Shown in pieces: positions 42,601-51,674 of a stretch of DNA of 64,000 nucleotides. Location of the stretch: contig CM000429.1 in NCBI GenBank assembly GCA_000165345.1, positions 128,001-192,000 on the forward strand, written 5' to 3'. A program made the translations under genes and the position numbers. The notes under the pieces were generated by a model. The model was not told the DNA's origin and made no database searches. It saw only the letters and a program-made list of their open reading frames with translations. The first letter of the stretch is position 1, and each line of letters begins with the position of its first letter.

Positions 42601-43980
42601 TTCATATATCTTGATTATAGATTCATTATTGTTTTCTTACCAATATCTTATTTCTTTAATAAATTCAGAATTAGAGCTATGTTTGCTAATAGGCAACTCA
42701 AACGTATCTTTCATTCAAGAACATCTCCAATTCTAACATCTGTTTCTTATACAGTTGATGGTTTATCAATTCTAAGATGTTCCAAAAATGGACTTAAAAA
42801 TTTTTCAAAAAATGTTCAATATCTTATTGATTATGAATGTGCTCCTTGGAGATGTTATTGTTTAATACAAAGATGGCTTGGAATTCATATTGATATACTT
42901 GGAGCTTGTGTAATTTCTTCTCTTGGTATTTTTTGTATTTCAGCTAAAGGATTTGTTTCTGTTGGTGCTATTGCCATTGCCTTCCAATGTTCTGTATCTT
43001 TTACTCAATTAGTATTATGGATGATTAGAAATATATCAGAAACTGAAAATAACTTCCTTTCTTATGATAGAATTTCTGAACTTATTGGTATTTTACCACA
43101 AGAAGCTAATATTAGTGATGATGATGATGATAATGATTTAAATAAATCTTGTAATATTAAAGAAATCAATGAAAATGTTCAAGATTCAGATTCTTTACTT
43201 ATTAATATTGATCATCCCAATAAACCACTTTCTTTAGATTGGCCAACTAATGGAAATATTCTCTTTAAGAATGTTGTATTAAGATATAATCCAGATGAAC
43301 CTGCTATTCTTAATAACCTTAGCTTTTCAATTCAAGGAGGAAAGAAAGTTGGAATATGTGGAAGAACTGGTTCTGGTAAATCAACTCTTTTATCAGCTAT
43401 TCTTAGATTATATAGTATCCAAGAAGGAAGTATTCTTATTGATAATGTTGATATTTCTCAAATAAGTCTTAAAAAACTTAGATCACTCATAACCATTATT
43501 CCTCAAGAACCAAACATTCTTACAGGAACTTTAAGATATAATTTAGATCCATTTAATGAATACACATCTGAAGAAATTGATCAAGCTTTAGTAAACTCAA
43601 ATTCAAAATCATTCGTGGATTCTCTTCCTGATGGAATTAATACTCAAATGACAAATATTTCTAATAATATTTCTTTAGGACAAAAACAATTGATTTGTCT
43701 TGCAAGAGCCATACTTAGAAAGAGTAAGATAATTCTTCTTGATGAAGCCACATCTTCAATGGATATTGCCACAGATAATATTATTCAGAATATTATCAAA
43801 ACACATTTCTCTAGTTGTACAATCCTTTCAATTGCTCACAGAATTCATACAATTATTGACTATGATCTCATTATTGTTTTAGATAAGGGAAAAATTGTTG
43901 AATATGATTCTCCTCAAAACCTCTTATCTAATACTTCGTCCGTTTTCTATTCAATTGCAAATGAAGTTAATAAGCTTTAG
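39685..43980 (+). CDS. Full-length ABC transporter, ABCC/MRP-like (TMD1-NBD1-TMD2-NBD2), 1431 aa
   Basis: NBD1 has Walker A GYVGSGKTT, signature LSGGQKQRVSLARA and Walker B ILILDDVFSALD. NBD2 has Walker A GRTGSGKST, signature LGQKQLICLARA and Walker B IILLDEATSSMD, with an H-loop SIAHR. Two roughly six-helix TMDs carry conserved ABCC coupling-helix regions. Single exon. Confidence 0.9.
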   Translation: MNDSELNENGIYSSKNFSKLNKQYIDIDTVNFENLGKYPKYHSFFKRGFLNTILFKWLSPIINSAEKGIIVNDSDINLADDDDDIQTEYIYFIRNWNEEFSKPEAVKSIQYSTFKVIFKTFYLRIINILLFKLIYDIIQMCRPWQIHGVLYWIGDPNGSKISGILKFLSIVICELISGSILQQYFRRSFSLSVMLKGVMNYSLTNKLIKLPKNVAIENISKCISLLSSESTYLLGTGNTLLAVPSMVLQNLLLLFSLYQFIGISAFIGYIIIVLSLFVNGLLINLTQSVRFKYISSLDKRISISTELVNSFKQIKCYAWEKYYIKNINEIRKEEIRHLGIWRFLNQFGLVLATLCVSLSPVISFGSFLYLNRKFPVDVIFTSLLIFESLQLTLVLLPTGISSLQKIINCYSRLSEVLLLKDIEPLQSILDKIEQENYAVKVNNVYFNYPTKNDILSSINFNIQKNQKVGIIGYVGSGKTTLIELILQELKPRLGTIQSNGSVFYCSQSSWIINGTVRSNIILDLPFDQAWYDIVINACSLVYDLKAMPNGDLTEIGENGINLSGGQKQRVSLARAVYQNTDILILDDVFSALDNVVSTSIFQKCIINLLKNKTVILATNKLDILSHLDQVIFINNTTLSYSGPPNQSFFSHPDFQDLLNSMYKVQNQINQIIDDVVTIEEIQDIEGILTESDISGQSCDIIPNTNNINNNKLSHPTIRISETITSIPKNEIELEKSNHGLSPSLPGSYNITSNSNPNLNQNIQTSPRISRRGSRVSLSALKDKYRRESQTLRNSLEQQMIETNKNDKSFKETAQLLDDHKSIKVKHVEFSKYIEYIRKFDPTILVISIIVIYSCTLSNIFSSAWITKWSSEFDKYGIAKGLIILTAISILQPILNLLFRAATIYLTTGVSQEIYNELLVKLSYSKLAFYESVPIGTILSRITSDIVVIDEMIPQNLTDFTYCFTRVTIYIGYFIYLDYRFIIVFLPISYFFNKFRIRAMFANRQLKRIFHSRTSPILTSVSYTVDGLSILRCSKNGLKNFSKNVQYLIDYECAPWRCYCLIQRWLGIHIDILGACVISSLGIFCISAKGFVSVGAIAIAFQCSVSFTQLVLWMIRNISETENNFLSYDRISELIGILPQEANISDDDDDNDLNKSCNIKEINENVQDSDSLLINIDHPNKPLSLDWPTNGNILFKNVVLRYNPDEPAILNNLSFSIQGGKKVGICGRTGSGKSTLLSAILRLYSIQEGSILIDNVDISQISLKKLRSLITIIPQEPNILTGTLRYNLDPFNEYTSEEIDQALVNSNSKSFVDSLPDGINTQMTNISNNISLGQKQLICLARAILRKSKIILLDEATSSMDIATDNIIQNIIKTHFSSCTILSIAHRIHTIIDYDLIIVLDKGKIVEYDSPQNLLSNTSSVFYSIANEVNKL

Positions 43981-44235
43981 TCCTCAAAACTGAGAGGATT
44001 TTTTATTTTTTTTTTTTTTAATGATTAGGAAGAAGAAATGAGTAATAAGTAATGATTCATGATCGAGGATTCAATATGAAAATGGAATCAAATTCCTAGA
44101 AAATGTTGGGATTTGAAAAACTTGAATTGACCAATTGAATATTTTTCTGTGGAACCGAATTACAAACTGTGTTGATTTTTCGTATTTTAGTTATTATTTG
44201 TATTTATTAAATTAGAATGTGTAATTCTTGTAAAA

Positions 44236-47200
44236 TCATTTTAAGTTAATAATTTTTGAGTCATAAAAATCACGAAAATACTGAATCTTTACCCCAAAGT
44301 CCATACTAAGGAGACAAATTTTCTCCAAACAATTGAGTCTTTTATTACAAGACAAAAGTTGATTATTATAATATGAATCAGCTTCTTTAAACTTTTCTTT
44401 AAGTAATTCATTATTTGACCTATATATATTCAACTCTTGGTCAATCAACTCTAATTTTTCTTGCAAATTCCGCCTCTCCAAACAAATAGTCTCTAATTCG
44501 GATTCATTTTCTGTATTCAAACGACTAATTTCTGTATACTCTTGTTTTAAATTCGATATAATCTCATCTTGATCAGTAATCTGTTGTTTTAATAAATCAA
44601 TTTCGTTATTTAATTCAATAGTTCTAGCAGATACAATCATTTCAACAAATTGTAACCAATCTAAAGGAATGCTGTTTTTGACAGCTAAATCCTTCAAAAA
44701 TGATGTTAATTTTTGATGAATATTCAATCCCAATCCTGAATTATCTCCAATTTCCATTAACTTACTTGAGACATACTCAGAAATGTCATCATGTTCTTGA
44801 TTTTCAGTATTTCCTTTTTGAATTTTCATCGTTTGAGATTCACTATACTCTTTTAAATATTGTCTTAAACCTTTCAACTGATCTGAAATCTCAGTAACTT
44901 TTTCTTCAACTTGATTATCATTAATATGTTCTTTCAATATATCAAAAAGACTGTTCCATAGTTCATCTGAAACCTGATAAATAAATCTAAAAGCATTAGA
45001 AACTTCCAATCCTGTGCTTAAAGTCTCAACAACTTTTTTAATGCCTTTTAATTTTTCTTTACTTTCAATGCTTACTGTAAAATTTCTAGGCTTATTTACT
45101 GCAGCATGTTTTTCAACTTTAATTAATGTTAACTGTGCTTTCAATTTTCCAATTTTCATTTGATAATCAGTTTTTTCATTTTGAAGAGCTTTTATATGTT
45201 TTTCTTGGTTTAATTTGATATTTTCTTCATATTTGGTCTTTTCTTCTTCCATAACAGCTAAAACAGTTTCTAACTTATTCTCCAATGCAACTTTATGAGC
45301 TTTTAATAGTTTATATTCTTCTCTCAAAATGTGTAAGCATGTAACTAACTTCCAAAACATTATTTCAATCTTAATTAGGGATGATGGGAAAGTTTGATCT
45401 TCATCTTTTTCTGCTTGTCCATAAATATTTGCATGATTAAGTGTTGTTATTTTTGAAATCATGCTAAGTTCCTTTTCGAAATCACCCTCCAAATCAAATT
45501 CTTGTGATTCCAATTTCTTAACCTGTTCAAAGAATTCATTTTGAGAAAAATCATTTTCCAAGGCTATTTCTATAAGTTTATTTGAACTTGTAATAAATGG
45601 AAGAAGATTAAATCCTTGGATTGAAATCCCTCCTTTTGAAGAATGATCACTGTATTTCTTTCTAAGTTCAGAATGAGATTTCAACTCAGAAATATCATCA
45701 TCATTTTCAATTGTATATTTGGCAAGCTTCTTCCAACGATTCATGACCACTAAAAATTCACTCATGATTGTCAAATCATTAATACCATCTTCTTTAAGAT
45801 AGTTAGATATATCCCAAAGATCTGAAACTTGAATAATTTCCTGAGAATCTATTTCAGTTTCTCCAAGAGGTTTATCTATACTTGCCATTAAATCCAAATT
45901 ACTTTCGTAATTTTCAGAAGAAACAATCAATTGCTGATTTTTTAGAGTATAAAGCTTTTTCTTAAGAAACTCAATACCTCTTTGTAATAACAACTTTTCA
46001 TGACTTAGATGTTGAACTTTTTCTTTAAGATGCTTTTTTTCATCATTACAAACAATTTTGCCATATACGCTCCCAAAAAGATCATTACTATTACAATAGC
46101 ATTGGTTTTCGTCTTTATACTGATGATCAAAATGATGATTGATTTTTTGATTTCCATCAGTATTTAAAATAATATCTTTAAGTTGATCAATTCGGTTACT
46201 TTTTAGCAAGGATTCACTAACAAGATCACAAACAATTTTCAAGCAATCATTGACGAGATGATTATTTTGGACTAAAACTTCAAACTCAAAATTGGAGCTT
46301 TTGCTTGCTTGATTTAATCCAACTTTATTAAGTCCTTTAGGGTATTCTTGATACTTATCCAAAATATGTTTAAGGTGCCCTAAGACTTCATCCATTCTCA
46401 TTCTTTCCATTTTATAGTTTAAATCAGATCTCTCGGACATAGTATTTTCACAAGAATCAGTAATCTTTTTCCACCAGTTTTCTGCTAATGTATATATTTT
46501 AACAAACTGGTCATTAATTTCTCTTAGCCTATCAAATTGAGGAGTAGACGATGAGACATCTACAACATACCTATATATCATGTACCTTAATCTCTTATTT
46601 TCTTTCTGGTAAGAAGAAATTTCATCATTAAGCGTTTTCTCGATTTCATCTCTTTTTTTATTTTCTTCATTAACAATTTCTTGTAGATATTTAAGTTGTT
46701 CAATTGTTTCACCTTTAATCTTTGTAGATAATTCCTCAAGAGAAAGATCACCGTTATGATAATCCTTGTATATTGAGCCAGACATTTGCAAATTTAAAGT
46801 TTGATTGTTTTGCATAGTTCTTAACATCATTTGAGAAGCTTTTTTCTCTTGAATAATTTTTTGTTTCCCTTCATTTTCTATTTCACGTATTTTTTCTTCA
46901 TAAGTTAGCTTTAATTGTTCTATTTTCTTTTCACAATCTTCTTCTATAGTTTTGATTCGATTCTCATAGTTTGCTCTTTCAATTGCTTGTTCTTCCTTAG
47001 TTCTTACCAATTGTCTCACACAGTATTCCAAAGAATGCCTTACTTTAGTAGTAAAATTCTCAATTTCATCAGGTAGGTTAATTTGATTAATTTCAGAGAA
47101 TTTATCATTTAAGCCTTCAAAAAAGTTATCAATACTTTGGACAAGTTTTACAGTTCTTTCATCCATATCCATAACTTCGTTGAATCTTTGAATTCGATCG

Positions 47201-47751
47201 TAATATACTCCTTCATCTCCTTTAAAATACCTTACTGCTTCAGTTGGAACTTCTGAGAGCTTATTTGGAGCTTTTGAATCATTTTCAAAGAGCCTAATTT
47301 GAGTCTTAGGAGATAGTTGAAGACTACCACCCACAATTAAAGTTTTTATTGACGAATCTCCCATTAGGAATTCTACAATGTGTTTAGACGGCGGAGGGAT
47401 AAATTCAAAGGAAGACTCATTCTTGAATGCGCAATGATAAAGAAAAAAGAAAATAATCACTGAGTTATATGCAGAACAAAGCTTATCATTCTTAATTCCT
47501 TCTTCATCAATCAATTTGGAATAGTCAATACTCAAAGTTCTAAAAATGGTTTCAATCTTTCTCCATGAATCAGATAAAGCATCAATCTCAGTCTTTGTAT
47601 TATTTAGGCTAGGCCAAACAATAAAACAAAACTTTAAAAGCACTGTTCCATCCGAAAAACTTTTCCAATTTAATTCCTCACCCAATAAACTGCTCCCCCA
47701 AGCTAATAATTCTTTTTTCCCAATTTGTATCAATTTTCTTCCTTCTGGCAT
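44236..47751 (-). CDS. Long coiled-coil protein (1171 aa) with an N-terminal CH/HOOK-like domain, a possible microtubule/dynein-adaptor-type protein
   Basis: ATG at 47749-47751. The N-terminal about 120 aa (KKELLAWGSSLLGEELNWKSFSDGTVLLKFCFIVWPS...) resembles calponin-homology/HOOK-type N-terminal domains. The remainder is heptad-rich (EEKIREIENEGKQKIIQEKK..., LQEKLELIDQELNIYRSNNELLKEKFKE). The domain assignment is tentative. Confidence 0.6.
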   Translation of the reverse strand: MPEGRKLIQIGKKELLAWGSSLLGEELNWKSFSDGTVLLKFCFIVWPSLNNTKTEIDALSDSWRKIETIFRTLSIDYSKLIDEEGIKNDKLCSAYNSVIIFFFLYHCAFKNESSFEFIPPPSKHIVEFLMGDSSIKTLIVGGSLQLSPKTQIRLFENDSKAPNKLSEVPTEAVRYFKGDEGVYYDRIQRFNEVMDMDERTVKLVQSIDNFFEGLNDKFSEINQINLPDEIENFTTKVRHSLEYCVRQLVRTKEEQAIERANYENRIKTIEEDCEKKIEQLKLTYEEKIREIENEGKQKIIQEKKASQMMLRTMQNNQTLNLQMSGSIYKDYHNGDLSLEELSTKIKGETIEQLKYLQEIVNEENKKRDEIEKTLNDEISSYQKENKRLRYMIYRYVVDVSSSTPQFDRLREINDQFVKIYTLAENWWKKITDSCENTMSERSDLNYKMERMRMDEVLGHLKHILDKYQEYPKGLNKVGLNQASKSSNFEFEVLVQNNHLVNDCLKIVCDLVSESLLKSNRIDQLKDIILNTDGNQKINHHFDHQYKDENQCYCNSNDLFGSVYGKIVCNDEKKHLKEKVQHLSHEKLLLQRGIEFLKKKLYTLKNQQLIVSSENYESNLDLMASIDKPLGETEIDSQEIIQVSDLWDISNYLKEDGINDLTIMSEFLVVMNRWKKLAKYTIENDDDISELKSHSELRKKYSDHSSKGGISIQGFNLLPFITSSNKLIEIALENDFSQNEFFEQVKKLESQEFDLEGDFEKELSMISKITTLNHANIYGQAEKDEDQTFPSSLIKIEIMFWKLVTCLHILREEYKLLKAHKVALENKLETVLAVMEEEKTKYEENIKLNQEKHIKALQNEKTDYQMKIGKLKAQLTLIKVEKHAAVNKPRNFTVSIESKEKLKGIKKVVETLSTGLEVSNAFRFIYQVSDELWNSLFDILKEHINDNQVEEKVTEISDQLKGLRQYLKEYSESQTMKIQKGNTENQEHDDISEYVSSKLMEIGDNSGLGLNIHQKLTSFLKDLAVKNSIPLDWLQFVEMIVSARTIELNNEIDLLKQQITDQDEIISNLKQEYTEISRLNTENESELETICLERRNLQEKLELIDQELNIYRSNNELLKEKFKEADSYYNNQLLSCNKRLNCLEKICLLSMDFGVKIQYFRDFYDSKIINLK

Positions 47752-47889
47752 GATCTATCGAACCCAATAAATTATAAAAATTCTTAAATCATTACTAGCT
47801 CTTTTAATTAATTAATTAATGCGTGTTTTTTTTGTAAATCTATTATCTAAGAAAATTCTTGCAATAATTAAAATAAAAATTATACACGT

Positions 47890-47985
47890 CATTAACAATT
47901 TGCATGTTCCCGCCTAAAAGCCATGTGGCCAATGCATGCAATACCGGTACTTAAAGTGATTTGCAAAGCTTGCAAATGAATACAT
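47890..47985. promoter_or_regulatory. Bidirectional promoter between divergent genes (47751 on the reverse strand, 48203 on the forward strand): GCATGTTCCCGCC (E2F-like), GGCCAAT (CCAAT box), TGCATGCA, and the near-palindrome ATTTGCAAAGCTTGCAAAT
   Basis: Motifs read directly at about 47892-47914, 47926-47940 and 47960-47980. Confidence 0.45.
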
Positions 47986-48202
47986 GTAAATAAGCATAAT
48001 TGTCTGCATGTATTTAGGATGTGCCTTTTTTGATGTTTTTTTTCCGGGAAAAATTTGTATACTTCCACTTTATATTAAAAAAAAATGTAAATTAATAGGT
48101 TTGGAACAAAATGAAAAATTATATAAAAAAAAGAATGAAATGAGAATGAGAAAGAAATTAGTAAGAATTGACTGATTCTAAGAAATTTACAGGATTAATG
48201 AG

Positions 48203-48838
48203 ATGTTTAGTTCCCATGAACTTGTAAATGTTCCAAATAAAAAAAAAAGAATAGAAGGTTTGTTAGGGGGTGAAACAACTTTAATTATTGTGGATTGGGA
48301 TGACACTCTGTTGCCAACAACATATCTTTCATGTAATAAGCAATTAGATTTAAAAAATACTAATTTTGGGAGAATAGTGGCAGATTTTTTAAAAAAAGCT
48401 ACAGAACTTGGACGAGTTGTAATAATAACAAATGCAGAACCAAGATGGGTTTATGAAACTTCAGAATTATATCTTCCAGAAATATTGTGTTTTTTGAGAG
48501 TAATTCCAATTTGCTCTGCCAGACAATTTGCACAAGCTGGCCCAAATGATTTAAAATATTGGAAATATAGAGCTTTTAATTGTGTAATACAACAATTTAG
48601 TAATAGTTTTCAAGGTATAGCAAATATAATCAGTATTGGAGATAGCCAATGGGATAGGGATGCAGTATTCAATGTATTTGAAAACAATAAAAACATAAAA
48701 ATCATACCAAAGGCAGTAAAATTTCTAGGATCACCAAGTTTTGAAGCGTTAGGGGAAGAAATATTAATATTAACATCAAAGTTAGAGGAAATAGTGATGA
48801 TTGATGGAGCGAATATATATGAAATGGAAAAGTGGTAG
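48203..48838 (+). CDS. Small HAD-superfamily-like hydrolase or phosphatase candidate (211 aa)
   Basis: ATG at 48203. LIIVDWDDTLLPT resembles HAD motif I (hhhhDxDxT). A downstream VVIITNAEP (motif II-like S/T) and IGDSQWDRD (motif IV-like DD) also fit. The assignment is tentative. Confidence 0.45.
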   Translation: MFSSHELVNVPNKKKRIEGLLGGETTLIIVDWDDTLLPTTYLSCNKQLDLKNTNFGRIVADFLKKATELGRVVIITNAEPRWVYETSELYLPEILCFLRVIPICSARQFAQAGPNDLKYWKYRAFNCVIQQFSNSFQGIANIISIGDSQWDRDAVFNVFENNKNIKIIPKAVKFLGSPSFEALGEEILILTSKLEEIVMIDGANIYEMEKW

Positions 48839-48960
48839 GGAAAAAATAAGTTAAACATTCAATAAAAACAATTCTATTAATAATTAATGGATTGAATTTA
48901 AAACAATGTTATGGATTATATTAAAAAAAAAGGTGTTTGCTGATGAGGAATTAAATATAA

Positions 48961-49998
48961 TTACATTTCAAACTTTTCATTGGAAATTGAACTAGGATTT
49001 TCTATGGATGAGCTATAAAATTCAAAGTATTTATCAAAATCTCCAGACTCATTTATTTGTTCATTCTTCCGTGCTCTAATTGGAATCTTAGTTAATTCTA
49101 TTTTATATATTCTTGGCCACCTCTTACCAGTAACAAAAAGAACTGGGCCATTTAAGTTGGAAATCTTCTTTTCTTGATAGCTTGGATGATATGCAATTCC
49201 ATTAAGTACATCGTTAAGAATATCAAAGTGTTCTAATAACGTGCTTTTGCTTGGATCATAAATTGATTTCAGATTTGCAATTGATATACATTCACCTGTT
49301 TCAGGACTAAATTCAACAATCATTTGCGATTGGAATATATTTCCCCAAATAGTTTTTGTTTCTGGAATATATTCCATTTCATTTACAAAATGCATGGGCT
49401 TTCCAAGACATCTCAACATTATTACCTTTTTAATTGTGACTTTATTATCTGAAGAATCAAAATCTGGAACATTAAGCTCAAAAAGTTGATCAGAACCAGA
49501 TGTAGCCCATATTCTTGATTCATTATCTGATGTGAGACCCCATCCTGTTAATGGTATTGAATAACGTTTCACTACTGAAAGATCAAGAGAATATCCAAAC
49601 ATTACTCTACTTGTCCAAGTTAACTGGTATATATGGCCATTCAAAGTTGCAATTCCTTCACCCCAGTTCCTCTTTGGTAAAATCTTGTGTTGAAGATTCT
49701 TCATACTTGGGAATTCAATCAGTTTAATAAAACTTCCTTCAATTAATCCTGCACTTTCTATAAGAATTGTCGAATTTAGAAACATTAAACCTTGGGTGAA
49801 TGGATTTTTGTTATATTTATAAGATGAATCATTTTCAGAAAAAATATGATTTTCTGGTATATGGTAGTGGGGGAATTCTTGTAATATTTTCACGCTGTAA
49901 ATATTTGGCAACTGAACTGAATGTAATGAATCCTGGGATAAAGAAAAGTTCCATTTAATTATTAAGCATGAGAATAAGAATAGTCCCAACAAAAACAT
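48961..49998 (-). CDS. Glutaminyl-peptide cyclotransferase (glutamine cyclotransferase), plant/bacterial beta-propeller type, with an N-terminal signal peptide
   Basis: Conserved QC blocks are present: NPFTQGL, ESAGLIEGS (ESTG-like), NWGEGIATLNGHIYQLTWTS (FGEGxT...QLTW), GWGLTSD, and SGSDQLFELNVPDF (SDGS..L..xDP). The ORF-track start at 50040 is a GTG. The first ATG is at 49996-49998, giving MFLLGLFLFSCLIIKW as a signal peptide. Confidence 0.7.
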   Translation of the reverse strand: MFLLGLFLFSCLIIKWNFSLSQDSLHSVQLPNIYSVKILQEFPHYHIPENHIFSENDSSYKYNKNPFTQGLMFLNSTILIESAGLIEGSFIKLIEFPSMKNLQHKILPKRNWGEGIATLNGHIYQLTWTSRVMFGYSLDLSVVKRYSIPLTGWGLTSDNESRIWATSGSDQLFELNVPDFDSSDNKVTIKKVIMLRCLGKPMHFVNEMEYIPETKTIWGNIFQSQMIVEFSPETGECISIANLKSIYDPSKSTLLEHFDILNDVLNGIAYHPSYQEKKISNLNGPVLFVTGKRWPRIYKIELTKIPIRARKNEQINESGDFDKYFEFYSSSIENPSSISNEKFEM

Positions 49999-50362
49999 AA
50001 TATTTTCAATATTAAAGCGTGTTATCTTTTCAATTTTCACCTCAAAAACTCTTCAAAAATTAAATTTTATAATAAAATGGAATATCATTAATTCGCATTA
50101 CGAGGTATTGCCGGGCAATCAAAATTTAAATATATATAACTGTAATTCTGTAATACATGTAAATACGTAAGCGATCAATTAAAAAAAAAAAAAAAAAGAA
50201 GTTAAAGAAAAAGTTAATTTAATAAGAATCTTAAAAAAGTTGATAAATATAATAATTTATAATACTGAAGTCAATTTGTCCAGTTTATTTCTCTTTATAA
50301 TTAATAAAAAAAAATGAGTTAATTTATTTGCCCATGAAGAATATTTAAATTTATTTAACAAC

Positions 50363-50968
50363 TTACTTTGCGAGAACTTGTATTGCAAAAGATATTGAAA
50401 TACAATGTTGGAGATATATTTGGTTTGTTGGATCAATATGATTCACTTTCAAAAAATGAGAGAATATGAGAGAATTATCATTTTCGTTTTCACTTTTGAT
50501 CATTGAATTAATTAATGCATTGATATCCAAAATATTAAGACATAATGTACATACATCCTAAGATCAAAAAAAGAATAACATTCGAGAGTATTAAATGTTA
50601 ATTTAACTCAATATAGCATTGAATTTTAAAACTTACCATTGGTTGCTTCAAAGTAATTTTCTTTGTTTCTGGATAATATTCAAAGTTTTCCCAATAAAAT
50701 AAAGAACTGCATTTGGAATCACATACATCACATTTCTTGAATTCAAACAATTAAAATAAATACCTCAAATTAAATTCTCATAAAAAAAACTTACCTTTTT
50801 CAATGAATCAGAACCAGCTTTTAAAGTACATTTTCCGTTCTTTGAAGTATCTATCTTTCCAATCTTTGGAACTGGTGCAAGCTTACAAGCATAAGCTACT
50901 AACCTTTCTTTTAGCATGGAAATTTGGGACTCAATACTTCCATTTGAATTCTCTAAAATATTTGACAT
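50363..50968 (-). CDS. Small (about 155 aa) CxxC...CxxC zinc-ribbon-like hypothetical protein, three exons: 50795..50968, 50637..50735, 50363..50557; introns 50736..50794 and 50558..50636, both with a GTAAGT donor
   Basis: Exon 1 is the track ORF 50765..50968 truncated at AAG|GTAAGT (donor at 50789-50794 on the reverse strand). Exon 2 reads KCDVCDSKCSSLFYWENFEYYPETKKITLKQPM and ends ATG|GTAAGT. Exon 3 reads DVCTLCLNILD...QVLAK then TAA. All junctions are phase 0 with no internal stops. The gene is not in the ORF track as a whole. Confidence 0.45.
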
Positions 50969-51674
50969 TGGCCTGTTATTTTAAAAGAAGCAGAATTTCA
51001 AAAACACAAACAAAGGACTTCAAATTCAAAGTTTGAGAGAAATTCTATTTTTAAAATATGTATATACTATTTTCTTTTATCTTATTTTTTCTGAATTGAC
51101 TATAAATCTAAATTTGGCTGAAAACATTTTGGCGGGAAAACTACTTACTCCAAAATAGTCAAGTGGGAAAAATTTCATGTAATCTAAAATAGTAAACAAT
51201 AACAAAAGTGTATTCTTTTTATGAATTGAAAGTTTAATATGAAGACTAATAATGAAGCATTTAAAGATTTTGATCTAGTTTAACTTATTAAATAAGTACT
51301 ATTGAATTATATTTATGTAAGACATTGCTAAACTCTCAAGAATCGTGAAATATTAATTAATGAGTATGCTCAAAGGAGAAAACTATAATTGGATATCATA
51401 TTGAAATACAGGTTTTTTTAAAAAAACTTAACTTTATTCAAGAAAGCTGAAATGATAGAATAACATTCCGTTTTTAGTCACTATATATAAACATAAGAGG
51501 AGAATGGCGGTAAAGTAAGGGAAGCAAATAGAATATAGTGTAAAGGGAAATGAACAAAAAAAAAGGCTGTGGCATGCAAATTGATCCAAAGAGCAAAAAT
51601 AATTGAGTCAACTAAATTAAAGAATTTATGTGTTCTAAAGGTGTTTTTACCATTCACGTCGGAACCTGATTAAA

